Positions 18,908 to 27,652 of a stretch of 64,000 nucleotides of DNA are shown here, piece by piece. The notes under the pieces were generated by a model, which searched no databases, was not told where the DNA came from, and saw only the letters and a list, made by a program, of their open reading frames with translations. Position numbers and translations under genes: made by a program. The DNA comes from Minisyncoccota bacterium (GTDB taxonomy: Bacteria; Patescibacteriota; Minisyncoccia; Phycocordibacterales; SBAW01). The DNA is taken from assembly GCA_035546615.1 (NCBI GenBank), contig DASZWM010000006.1, forward strand, positions 1 through 64,000, in the 5' to 3' direction. How positions within the stretch are numbered: the first letter of the stretch is position 1; every line of letters starts with the position of its first letter.

Positions 18908-19492
18908 TCAGTTCGGCGAGACGAAGCTAGTGAACTCGCCCTTTTCGTTGACGTCCCAGATCTTCGCCGGGACGGCAAAGAGACTGAAGGCTGAGGGAGC
19001 GATCCACAGGATGGGATCCTTCCCGACGAACGAGAGCAGGAACTTCGCGTCCGGACGCTCCGCATGGACATTATCCAGGAGGCGTACAGCCTGTTCGGGA
19101 ACATAGAAGACCTTGTCGCGCTGCCCTGGCTGCCGCCACACCGTCATGTAGCCGGACAGATTGTGCGAAAGCGGGCGCGTGCGCCACGCGTTCCCGCGGA
19201 ACAGTGCAAAGATCAGCATGAGGTAGAGCAGGATGCCGCAGATGATGAGCGAGTTATCCTGCACGTCCGGCCCAAGTGCCAACAACGCCAGCGCAGGGAA
19301 CAGGCTAACTGCCAGCGCACGCCGGCCGAAAGCGAATGTAAGCGCCTTCAGGATCGGGTTGTCGACCTGCGCCGCCATGTGCCGGCGGACCTTCCAGAAA
19401 CTCCACGAGTCGGCCCCCGCGGCGATGAGCGCCGCGCGGAACGAAGTCGGAGCGGCAAAAACCCGCCCAAGCTCAAGGACATATGAACTCAT
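18908..19492 (-). CDS. Hypothetical membrane protein (2 TM + soluble domain)
   Basis: ORF with hairpin terminators downstream (18859..18884). Confidence 0.45.
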   Translation of the reverse strand: MSSYVLELGRVFAAPTSFRAALIAAGADSWSFWKVRRHMAAQVDNPILKALTFAFGRRALAVSLFPALALLALGPDVQDNSLIICGILLYLMLIFALFRGNAWRTRPLSHNLSGYMTVWRQPGQRDKVFYVPEQAVRLLDNVHAERPDAKFLLSFVGKDPILWIAPSAFSLFAVPAKIWDVNEKGEFTSFVSPN

Positions 19493-19679
19493 TGCAGGAC
19501 CTCCAAAAGTTCCATTGCCGGTTCGAACTCGCCCGCCTAAAAAAGAGCGTCGAACCTGCCCGCAACCTTACCACATTCTCCTTATTTATCAAGCTATTTT
19601 CACTGTCCACACCCTTTCAATCCGGTCTTGAATTTGCTATAATAAGGAGGTAAAGCCTTGGCGGGCTTTCTTCAATTCT

Positions 19680-21737
19680 GTGGCTGAAAACAAGGACAAA
19701 ACCAAGGCAAAAAAATCCTCCTACGGCGCCGATTCCATCACCGTCCTCGAAGGGCTCGAGGCGGTCCGCCGCCGCCCGGGCATGTACATCGGCACCACCG
19801 GCCCGGAAGGCCTCCACCATCTCATCTGGGAAGTCTTCGACAACTCGCGCGACGAGGCCATGGGCGGCTTCGCCAATGATGTCGAGGTGGCGCTCCTGCC
19901 CGGCAACATCGTGCGCGTGGCGGATAACGGCCGCGGCATTCCGGTCGAGGTCCACAAGCAGACCAAGGTCTCGACCCTTGAGACCGTCATGACAATTCTC
20001 CATGCCGGCGGCAAGTTCGGCGGCGACGGCTACAAGGTGTCCGGCGGCCTCCACGGCGTGGGCGTTTCGGTAGTGAACGCGCTTTCCACCTGGCTGCGCG
20101 CCGAGGTCCACCGCGACGGCGGCGCATACGTGCAGGACTACGCCATCGGCAAGAAAAAGGCCGCGGTAAAGAAGGTAGGCCCCAGCAAGCTCACCGGCAC
20201 CGTCATTTCTTTCACTCCCGACGCGAGCATTTTCGAGAAGACCGATTTCGATTTCGACAAAATAGTGGCCCACCTGCGCGAGCAGGCATACCTCGTTAAG
20301 GGGATGCGCATCACGATAATCGACGCGCGCGAATCCGGCCTCAAGTTCACCGACGCCGGGAAAGAACTGTACCTGCGCGACTACCTCACGCAGAGCCCGT
20401 CGCAGACGTTCTACTTCGAAGGCGGCCTGCGCTCGCTCATCTCCTTCTACAACCGCTACCAAAAACCGGTCCACAAGAATATTTTCTACATCGAGAAAGA
20501 AGTCGATAACGTCGCGGTCGAGGTTGCGCTCCAGTACGCCGACGACATATCCTCGCGCGTCTTCGCCTTCGCCAACAACATCTTCAACAACGAGGGCGGC
20601 ACGCACGTGACCGGCTTCCGCACCGCGCTTACCCGCACGCTCAATACGTACGCGCGCAAGGGCAATTCGGCTAAAGACAGCGACGAGAACTTCACCGGCG
20701 ACGACGTGCTCGAGGGCCTGACCGCCGTGGTATCCATCAAGATGCGCGAGATACAGTTCGAGGGCCAGACCAAGGGCAAGCTCGGCTCCGTCGAGGCGCG
20801 CAGCGCCGTGGAGACCGTGTTCGGCGAGGCGTTCAGCCTTTTCCTCGAGGAGAATCCCGACGATGCGCGCGCGATAATCTCAAAATCCCTCCTCGCGCTC
20901 AAGGCCCGCAAGGCCGCGAAGGCCGCCAAGGACTCCGTCATGCGCAAGGGCGCGCTTGAGGGCATGTCGCTTCCGGGCAAGCTGGCCGACTGCCAGACCA
21001 AGGACGCTTCCGAATCGGAGCTCTTCGTTGTGGAGGGCGACTCGGCAGGCGGCTCGGCCAAGATGGGCCGCGACCGCCGCACGCAGGCAATACTCCCGCT
21101 GCGCGGGAAAATTCTCAACGTCGAGCGCGCGCGTTTGGACAAGATGATCGCCTCCGAGCAGATACGCAACCTCGTGGTGGCGCTCGGCACAGCAATCGGC
21201 GACGTGTTCGACATCTCGAAGCTCCGCTATCACAAGATAATTATCGCGACCGATGCCGACGTGGACGGCGCGCACATCCGCACGCTTCTCCTTACGCTCA
21301 TGTACCGCCATTTCCGCTCCATCGTGGACGGCGGCTACGTCTACATCGCACAGCCGCCGCTCTATAAGATAAAGCGCGGCAAGGAGGTCATGTACGCGTA
21401 TTCCGACGACGAGAAGGCGAAGCTCTTGGGCAAAGACGCCGCCAACGTGCAGGAAGACGGCGCCGAAGAAGGGGATGAGCCTGCGGAAGAAGCCGAAGAG
21501 GAAACAGCGAAGAAATCCGGCAAAATCCGCATCCAGCGCTACAAGGGTCTTGGCGAAATGAACCCGGAGGAGCTCTGGGAAACGACCATGAATCCGGCCA
21601 ACCGCATTCTCAAGCAGGTAACGGTGGAGGACGCGCAGGATGCCGACCACGTGTTCGACATCCTCATGGGCGAGGACGTTCCCTCCCGCAAGAGCTTCAT
21701 TCAAAGCAACGCGAAGCTCGCGAATCTCGACATCTAA
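19680..21737 (+). CDS. gyrB: DNA gyrase subunit B
   Basis: GHKL ATPase motifs (EVFDNSRDEA, GLHGVG), Toprim EGDSAGG, C-terminal QRYKGLGEMN; non-ATG (GTG) start likely. Confidence 0.93.
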   Translation: MAENKDKTKAKKSSYGADSITVLEGLEAVRRRPGMYIGTTGPEGLHHLIWEVFDNSRDEAMGGFANDVEVALLPGNIVRVADNGRGIPVEVHKQTKVSTLETVMTILHAGGKFGGDGYKVSGGLHGVGVSVVNALSTWLRAEVHRDGGAYVQDYAIGKKKAAVKKVGPSKLTGTVISFTPDASIFEKTDFDFDKIVAHLREQAYLVKGMRITIIDARESGLKFTDAGKELYLRDYLTQSPSQTFYFEGGLRSLISFYNRYQKPVHKNIFYIEKEVDNVAVEVALQYADDISSRVFAFANNIFNNEGGTHVTGFRTALTRTLNTYARKGNSAKDSDENFTGDDVLEGLTAVVSIKMREIQFEGQTKGKLGSVEARSAVETVFGEAFSLFLEENPDDARAIISKSLLALKARKAAKAAKDSVMRKGALEGMSLPGKLADCQTKDASESELFVVEGDSAGGSAKMGRDRRTQAILPLRGKILNVERARLDKMIASEQIRNLVVALGTAIGDVFDISKLRYHKIIIATDADVDGAHIRTLLLTLMYRHFRSIVDGGYVYIAQPPLYKIKRGKEVMYAYSDDEKAKLLGKDAANVQEDGAEEGDEPAEEAEEETAKKSGKIRIQRYKGLGEMNPEELWETTMNPANRILKQVTVEDAQDADHVFDILMGEDVPSRKSFIQSNAKLANLDI

Positions 21738-21854
21738 GTAAAACGCGATCGAGCGACGGCGAGGAAGTGCCGGAATACAGCAGTCTATTCTGGCCAAAAC
21801 TGGCAAACCTCGATATTTAAAAGTTGGGGAAGTCAGACTTCCACAAAAGCAAAA

Positions 21855-21885
21855 GGCGCCGGAGAAATCCGGCGCCTTCTTCATT
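21855..21885 (+). terminator. Rho-independent terminator after gyrB
   Basis: GGCGCCGGA-gaaa-TCCGGCGCC followed by TTCTTCATTT. Confidence 0.6.
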
Positions 21886-21913
21886 TGCGTTCAGTGTCGA
21901 ATGCCTGCTTACA

Positions 21914-22225
21914 TCAGGCCGCGACGGGCGTCCGGCGCTTCTCGATTTCGGGCTTCCAAGCCGCCGTGAGCTCGGCGTACTCGTCATCGACCGGAGTACC
22001 GTCGATTCCCTTGGCCTGAGCTTCGCTGAAAAAGCCGTTGGAAATCGGGGCTTTCTTCAGATCGGCGGGTGCCCCGTTGTAGCTGCCGACGAGCTGTCCT
22101 AGGACGCAAGACTGGTCGTACTGAATGTCGAGTTCGCCGGTGTCGATATGACCGGCCCACCCGGGCATCAATTGGTCGAGCAAGGTAGCGCCTGCGGCTG
22201 CGCGTGCTGCTGAAACATGAAACAT
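21914..22225 (-). CDS. Hypothetical protein
   Basis: Start moved to Met preceded by GGAGGG RBS. Confidence 0.35.
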   Translation of the reverse strand: MFHVSAARAAAGATLLDQLMPGWAGHIDTGELDIQYDQSCVLGQLVGSYNGAPADLKKAPISNGFFSEAQAKGIDGTPVDDEYAELTAAWKPEIEKRRTPVAA

Positions 22226-22386
22226 TGAAGAACCCTCCAATCCATTGTTGCGGGATTCGGAGATGGTCACGATACTAGTGTGACTCCCCAAGATAACAAT
22301 ACTCCTCACCCGATTTTTATCAAACTAGAGTATAAGCAAAAACTCCGGCGCTTGGCCGGAGTTTTTGCTACCTTATTATTTAAGAT

Positions 22387-23553
22387 TTAGTTCGTGCGGA
22401 CCGAGACAGTGTTATTGCCCTCGTTGAGCTCGCGGACCCAGTTGCGCGGGTCGGCGGTGATAGTGAGCGTGCCGCCGCGGGAATCATAGCGGTCATCGTT
22501 GCGATCGTAGTCGTCGCAGTACTCGTCATACCAGTCCTCCCACTCGTCGGTGTCCCAGTCGTCGCGGCTGTGGCTCGAGGTGTCCCAGGCATCCTGGTAC
22601 CAGTCCATCCAATCCTCCTCGTCCCAGCTGTTGTGGCTCTCGTCGCACTCGTCGTAGCGCTCGTCATCGGAGCGGCTGTCGCGCGAGCGGTAGCCCTCGT
22701 CGAAGGTCAGGGTGTAGACGATGCGGTCGCCCGGGTAGAGCGCCTGCTGCGCGGGGGAGCTGTAGGCGTAGCCGCCGTCAACCGGAATGTCCGCGGAAAG
22801 GTTCCAGCCGGCCGGCACGGTATTGGAGCCGACGTTCGCTATCTCGAACTGCGCCGCGGTGCTGCCGTAGCGCGAGGAAAGGGAATTGACCGAAAGGATG
22901 CGGACAGAAAGGTCCGGGTAGCCGTACAGCGCGGTCGCGCGCGGCGCGGCATAGTAGGTGGCGCCGGCGTAGCTGGCACCGGTCGAGGCGGGAGCCGTGA
23001 CAGGAGCCGCCGCGGCAACCGCGGGATTAACGGTCACGTCGGCCGATGCGCTTGCGGTGATGGCTCCGTCGCTGAGGCGCGTCGCAAGCACGGTTATGGT
23101 CGTATTAGCCGCCTGCTTAGCCGTGTTCTTCGCGGTAAGCGTCATGTTGGAGGTCGCGCCCGTGTAATTGAAGGACGAGCCGCATGCGACGGTCTGCGAT
23201 TTGCCCGCCGGGGTAGGGGCCTGAATGGAGAGGCCGCTTGCGCACGAGAAGGAGAGCGCGTAGCTATACTCGCCGTCCTTGTTCGAGTGGTTCCAGGAAA
23301 CGCTGAACGACTGTCCGGAGGCGACAGCGGAGCTCGGCACGGTAAGAGTCATCTCTTCGGTGCCGTTATCGTTCGTGTCGTGCGCGGTGCCGGTCATGAG
23401 CGAGGTAAGGCTTGAGCCCACGCCGCCGACGATGGAGGAAAGGTTAAACGCGAGCAGGATAATGCCCCAAGCGCCCAAAAGCAGCACAAGAATAACCCCG
23501 AGGAGGGCTACGACGCGCAGAAAGGTGTCCCGGAAAGTCTTTTTTTCGTGCAT
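22387..23553 (-). CDS. Cell-surface protein with CARDB-like domains and an Asp/Trp/Glu-rich low-complexity insert
   Basis: N-terminal signal anchor; S/T/A-rich linker; FEIANVGSNTV... and C-terminal ...RELNEGNNTVSV (CARDB E-x-NE-x-NN hallmark); ~70-aa D/W/E/Y-rich segment. Confidence 0.55.
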   Translation of the reverse strand: MHEKKTFRDTFLRVVALLGVILVLLLGAWGIILLAFNLSSIVGGVGSSLTSLMTGTAHDTNDNGTEEMTLTVPSSAVASGQSFSVSWNHSNKDGEYSYALSFSCASGLSIQAPTPAGKSQTVACGSSFNYTGATSNMTLTAKNTAKQAANTTITVLATRLSDGAITASASADVTVNPAVAAAAPVTAPASTGASYAGATYYAAPRATALYGYPDLSVRILSVNSLSSRYGSTAAQFEIANVGSNTVPAGWNLSADIPVDGGYAYSSPAQQALYPGDRIVYTLTFDEGYRSRDSRSDDERYDECDESHNSWDEEDWMDWYQDAWDTSSHSRDDWDTDEWEDWYDEYCDDYDRNDDRYDSRGGTLTITADPRNWVRELNEGNNTVSVRTN

Positions 23554-23609
23554 ACGGTGCTGAAAGCGGATAAATGTTTACGAGCGCATCGTATCATGGG
23601 CATTTTAGC

Positions 23610-23654
23610 GTGTCAAGCCCTGTACTTGACAAAATGTCAATTCTGGTATAAGAT
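23610..23654 (+). promoter_or_regulatory. Sigma70-like promoter TTGACA-17-TAAGAT with overlapping operator-like palindrome TTGACAAAATGTCAA (and upstream TGTCAA)
   Basis: Sequence read directly; lies in the divergent intergenic region between the CARDB protein gene and the sortase gene. Confidence 0.45.
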
Positions 23655-23720
23655 AGTAATAGTCCTTTAAAACAGGCCATACAGTGCCTGACCGGCAAGC
23701 GGCCGGGAGGGCTACAACGT

Positions 23721-24344
23721 ATGACCCAGACTCACGGCAAAAAGCAGAGTGCAGCGGCGAAGACGGGGGCATTCCTGCTCACCTTCGTTATGCTCTTTGC
23801 TATTACGTACGGCTTCCTCGCGGTTGTCGACGTGTTGCCTGAGGACGGTCAAAAGGACGCGGCACCTTCCCATATCGCAGCGCAGGACGCAGGCGCTATA
23901 GAGGCTCCGGTTCGCGTGAAGGCTCTTGATGTCGGGCTTGATGCCAATGTCACGAACCCGAACACGACCGACCTCGACGCTTTGGACGCGGCGCTTGAAA
24001 ACGGCGCAGTGCGCTATCCGACCTCGGCGATGCTTGGCCAGGAGGGTACGGTGCTCCTTTTCGGGCACTCGTCCTACCTGCCGGTCGTGTACCACCAGTA
24101 CTACAAGACCTTCAATAAGGTGCAGAACCTTACGAAAGGCCAGGTAATAAGCGTCTATTCCGGCACCATGGAATACCGCTATGCGGTCACGAATGTCCGG
24201 GTTGCCGATGCGACCGAGGATGTGGTAGAACTTGCATCAAACGGCAAGCACCTTGTCTTGGTCACTTGCGACTCGTTCAAGTCCAAATCCAGCCGCTTCG
24301 TGGTTACAGCGGACTTTGTAGGGACGTATTCTCTCGCCAACTAA
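23721..24344 (+). CDS. Sortase-family transpeptidase
   Basis: N-terminal TM anchor; LLFGHSS (His) and LVLVTCDSF (TLxTC catalytic Cys) motifs; 207 aa. Confidence 0.65.
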   Translation: MTQTHGKKQSAAAKTGAFLLTFVMLFAITYGFLAVVDVLPEDGQKDAAPSHIAAQDAGAIEAPVRVKALDVGLDANVTNPNTTDLDALDAALENGAVRYPTSAMLGQEGTVLLFGHSSYLPVVYHQYYKTFNKVQNLTKGQVISVYSGTMEYRYAVTNVRVADATEDVVELASNGKHLVLVTCDSFKSKSSRFVVTADFVGTYSLAN

Positions 24345-24480
24345 CGTTGACGGGCGGATACCTCCTCGCAATGCGAGGAAAATTCACCAAGCGCTCGCCG
24401 AAAGGCTTGAAGCGAGGAGGGAATTGGAAAATGCACATTGATAGCCCTGAAAGGGGCAGAAACCAAGAGAAGGTTCAGAG

Positions 24481-24873
24481 ATGAACGACCACGGTAAAAA
24501 GGGGGTTCTGAAGCAAGTCATTGCTGAGGACCTCGGTGGCAAGACTCAGAAGTGGTGGCAAGGCAAGCTGCATGTTTACATGCGGCAAACCGAGCTTGCC
24601 CGGGAAGATCTTACAACGGTCAAAACCGAACTCGCAGCTGCTGTCGCCAAGGGCGAATCGGCCAAGAGCCAGGTTGCAGCCCTGGAAGAGCGCGTTACTC
24701 GCCTCGAAACCGAACTGGCTGAAGCCGGACGGAAAGAGAGCGAGTTCCGCGCGCAGATCGCTGAACTGGAAACGGAACAGTGGGAACCTGGTGATGTTGA
24801 AGATATCTTCAACATGATGACGGGTCCCTGGGAGACTGCCATCGCCAGCATGGAAAAGGAGCACGGGCTTTGA
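24481..24873 (+). CDS. Coiled-coil protein
   Basis: Heptad-rich ELA/ELE repeats; overlaps next ORF by 4 nt. Confidence 0.45.
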   Translation: MNDHGKKGVLKQVIAEDLGGKTQKWWQGKLHVYMRQTELAREDLTTVKTELAAAVAKGESAKSQVAALEERVTRLETELAEAGRKESEFRAQIAELETEQWEPGDVEDIFNMMTGPWETAIASMEKEHGL

Positions 24874-25757
24874 AAGATTCGTATCACAAGGCATTCGCGA
24901 CCCTGATCCTGTTCGGCGGGGTTCTGATTATCGGTGCCTGCCTTTACTGGGCTGGGGGAGTGGGCCGCGGTGGCCAGCTGACTCAGGACCAGGTCAATGC
25001 GCAAATCGCAGCCAAGGTTCCGACCAAGGAAGCGATCGTTGCAGGCATCGTCGCTGATCCGAACTTCACTACCGCCGCAAAAGCGGCAGTGAAGCCGGAA
25101 CTCGACACAAAGGCCAACATCGTCGACGTCATGTTCAAGAATGACTTCGAGGGCCTGGTCAAGCCGATCAACGACCGCCTCGCGGCGAACGAAACCGCTG
25201 TAGCGTCGAAGGTCGAGCAATCGGCCTTCGACGAAGAGTTCAAGCCTCTGAACGACAAGATTGCCGCGCTTGAGCCGAGGGTGAAAACCCTCGAAGATGC
25301 GCAGCAGGAAGCTCCGGCGCCTACGGCCGAAGCCGCTCCGCGTTCCAATCCGGATACGGCGGACGCAGTAACTTCACCGGTCGCCGGCAACCCGCCGGCG
25401 ACCAGCGATGACAGCTACGCGTCGTCGCACTACATCTCGATGAATGGCTACCGGCCGTGGACGAACTCGACGGCTTCCGAGCCTACAGAGAAGCCCAGCC
25501 GCGACGCCGCCTGGATGGATCGTATCGTGGCCAAGTGCCACATCGACCCGCCCGATCTGGAGACCGGAAAGTCCGAGATGAACATGGAGATGATCCATAA
25601 GACTCCGGACGACGTTCTCCAGAAGCTCTACGACGGGTGCCTAACCGAGGAGCAATACCAAGCCTCGTTGGACATCCCGACCGAAACCACAGAGATTTCA
25701 GTCTCATCAATACCTGAACCTACACCCGAAGAGATGAGTATCCTCGAAGGCTTCTAG
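24870..25757 (+). CDS. Membrane-anchored coiled-coil protein
   Basis: N-terminal TM, central coiled coil, acidic C-terminus; translationally coupled to the upstream ORF. Confidence 0.45.
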   Translation: MKDSYHKAFATLILFGGVLIIGACLYWAGGVGRGGQLTQDQVNAQIAAKVPTKEAIVAGIVADPNFTTAAKAAVKPELDTKANIVDVMFKNDFEGLVKPINDRLAANETAVASKVEQSAFDEEFKPLNDKIAALEPRVKTLEDAQQEAPAPTAEAAPRSNPDTADAVTSPVAGNPPATSDDSYASSHYISMNGYRPWTNSTASEPTEKPSRDAAWMDRIVAKCHIDPPDLETGKSEMNMEMIHKTPDDVLQKLYDGCLTEEQYQASLDIPTETTEISVSSIPEPTPEEMSILEGF

Positions 25758-25796
25758 CCAAGGTTCTCGTCTCCTCGATAATTGGAGTGAAGGAAG

Positions 25797-26069
25797 ATGA
25801 ATCGGAAGATAATCGGACTATTCTTTCTCGCTGCGATGACCGCCTCGGCCACAGCCGGCCAGAGCGTTCCTCCGCCAACCGGGCAAGAGCTCGAGGTGTT
25901 CCGGAACCGCGCTCAGCTGGTTCTCGGACACCACCTCGACGACTACTACTTCATGGGGCATAACGCGGGGCCGCCGCCGCGTCCCGGCTGCGTTCTCGAC
26001 AAGCGGGTGAAGGATCCGCATGTTCCGAACCTCTACCATGCGGGCTGGCGTTGCCCGAAACAGCACTGA
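25797..26069 (+). CDS. Small secreted hypothetical protein
   Basis: Signal peptide; followed by a 31-nt perfect palindrome. Confidence 0.35.
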   Translation: MNRKIIGLFFLAAMTASATAGQSVPPPTGQELEVFRNRAQLVLGHHLDDYYFMGHNAGPPPRPGCVLDKRVKDPHVPNLYHAGWRCPKQH

Positions 26070-26091
26070 CGTTCTTCGTTACTCTTTGTGC

Positions 26092-26122
26092 GCAGAGCGA
26101 TCGATATGATCGATCGCTCTGC
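26092..26122. promoter_or_regulatory. 31-nt perfect palindrome GCAGAGCGATCGAT-atg-ATCGATCGCTCTGC
   Basis: Read directly; between small secreted ORF and the repeat-protein gene; not followed by a clean T-run. Confidence 0.4.
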
Positions 26123-26232
26123 CACAAAATTTTTTCGCTATTTTCTGATTACAAATCTCTGTACGAGGTTTGTAGCCAGACTCTCGCGAAGGGAGTCGAG
26201 ATTATTACTAGTTTGATTTAGAAGAAAGTATT

Positions 26233-27531
26233 ATGAACAGCAATATTATAAACATAGGTCGTAAGATAAGCGTTGCTCTTATAGCGCTTATAGTTCTCGT
26301 GTTGCCTTTCGCTTCGGTGCAGGCAGCTGACTACTCTGACTATGATTATGTCGGGACCTCGTATTATGGTTCTGACTCTTCTAGCGATTACGTCGGGACT
26401 TCCTATTATGATTCCGGTTCTTCAAATAGTGGGAGCGATTACGTAGGAACGTCTTACTATACTCCTGATACTTCCAATGACTATGATTACGTTGGAACTT
26501 CGTACTATGAAGATAACTCTTCTGACTATGATTATGTCGGAACCTCCTATTATGGCTCTGGCTGCACCACGAACTGTGGCGGCGGTGGAGGTGGCGGCGG
26601 GGGCGGCGGATGCCGTTCTAACTGCACCCCTCCTCCTCCGAAGCCGGCCCCGGTTTGCGACCTCTCGGTCAGCCCTTCGCGCGTAGATTACGGCGATTCC
26701 GTAACTATCTCCTGGACCACGTCCAACGCCATCAGCGCCTTCCTCGCCGGTTTCGGCACGGTGTCCACTAACGGCTCCCGCACCAGCGGCGCTATCTATG
26801 GCACCAAGACCTACACTCTTACCGCGACCGCAAGCGGCGGCCGCACGGTAACCTGCTCCAAGACCGTTACAGTCGAGCGCGAGCATGAGCACACGCCCGA
26901 TCTCGAGTGCAAGCTTAAGGCTTCCGACACGAGCATCGAGCGCGGAGACTCGGTCCGCATCACCTGGTCTAGCGACGGCGCTGACTACGGCTACATCACT
27001 CCGGATATCGGTGATGTCGATGAAAGCGGTTCCGACACGGTAGAACCTCGCTCTGATACGACTTACAAGGGTACCTTCTACAACGACGACGGCGACAAGG
27101 TTACCTGCTCGGTCAAGGTAAACGTTGACCGCGAGTACAATCCGCCGGTCTACGAGAATCCGACTCCGTACATTAACCTCTCCGCTGTTCCGTACACCGG
27201 CCTTGACCTCGGTCCTGTCGGTACGGTTCTCTACTGGGCGTTCCTCATCGCATGGTGCCTCGTTGCCGCATACCTTATCGCGGTCAAGCGCGTCCACATG
27301 AGCGTGTACCGCTGGTACAAGAAGGCGCTCTTCGGCGAGGAGGTGCACTTCGCGCCGGCGCAGGAAGTCTCCTTCGCAGGGTTCTCCCACGCTGATGTCG
27401 CAAAGCTCGCAGAGATGCTTCGCGGCGCAGTCGCTCCCTCGCACGCTTCGGCACCTGTTGCTGCAGCTCCCGCAGGCGATGCGATAGACCCGTTCATCCT
27501 CTCGCAGATCCATCGCACTCCGCGCTCCTAA
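26233..27531 (+). CDS. Surface repeat protein: 5x DYVGTSYY repeats, poly-Gly/Cys spacer, two Ig-like C...C domains, TM, cytoplasmic tail
   Basis: Signal peptide; repeats D-Y-(D-Y)-V-G-T-S-Y-Y separated by S/D-rich spacers; CGGGGGGGGGGGGC; PPPPKP; two ~70-aa Cys-bounded beta-rich modules; VLYWAFLIAWCLVAAYLIAV TM. 5' third is AT-rich. Confidence 0.5.
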   Translation: MNSNIINIGRKISVALIALIVLVLPFASVQAADYSDYDYVGTSYYGSDSSSDYVGTSYYDSGSSNSGSDYVGTSYYTPDTSNDYDYVGTSYYEDNSSDYDYVGTSYYGSGCTTNCGGGGGGGGGGGCRSNCTPPPPKPAPVCDLSVSPSRVDYGDSVTISWTTSNAISAFLAGFGTVSTNGSRTSGAIYGTKTYTLTATASGGRTVTCSKTVTVEREHEHTPDLECKLKASDTSIERGDSVRITWSSDGADYGYITPDIGDVDESGSDTVEPRSDTTYKGTFYNDDGDKVTCSVKVNVDREYNPPVYENPTPYINLSAVPYTGLDLGPVGTVLYWAFLIAWCLVAAYLIAVKRVHMSVYRWYKKALFGEEVHFAPAQEVSFAGFSHADVAKLAEMLRGAVAPSHASAPVAAAPAGDAIDPFILSQIHRTPRS

Positions 27532-27590
27532 AGCGCCGAAGCGGATGCCTCTGCGCAAGCAGGGAACAAGCCTCCAAAATATTGTCAGCA

Positions 27591-27617
27591 AAATCCCGCC
27601 GTATGGCGGGATTTTGC
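27591..27617. terminator. Bidirectional terminator AAAATCCCGCC-gtat-GGCGGGATTTT
   Basis: A/T tracts on both sides of GC stem; between convergent repeat-protein gene and thrS. Confidence 0.6.
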
Positions 27618-27625
27618 GTTACAAC

Positions 27626-27652
27626 TATTCTGGACTTCGTAAGTCCAGAATA
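27626..27652. repeat. Palindromic element copy TATTCTGGACTTCGTAAGTCCAGAATA (opposite centre orientation), abutting thrS stop codon
   Basis: 27-nt palindrome; centre CGT instead of ACG; intergenic between convergent genes. Confidence 0.9.

Noticed and set aside
19590-19700. DnaA-box-like sequences (TGTCCACAC, TGTGGCTGA) upstream of gyrB, hinting at oriC
   Set aside because: Only 6/9 matches to TTATCCACA; no dnaA/dnaN adjacent; no box cluster. Insufficient evidence.
27180-27310. VPYTG + TM + KR as a sortase sorting signal in the repeat protein
   Set aside because: The motif is not at the extreme C-terminus (~80 aa of cytoplasmic tail follow), so it more likely marks an ordinary type I membrane anchor. 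It is kept only as a speculative note under the island finding.
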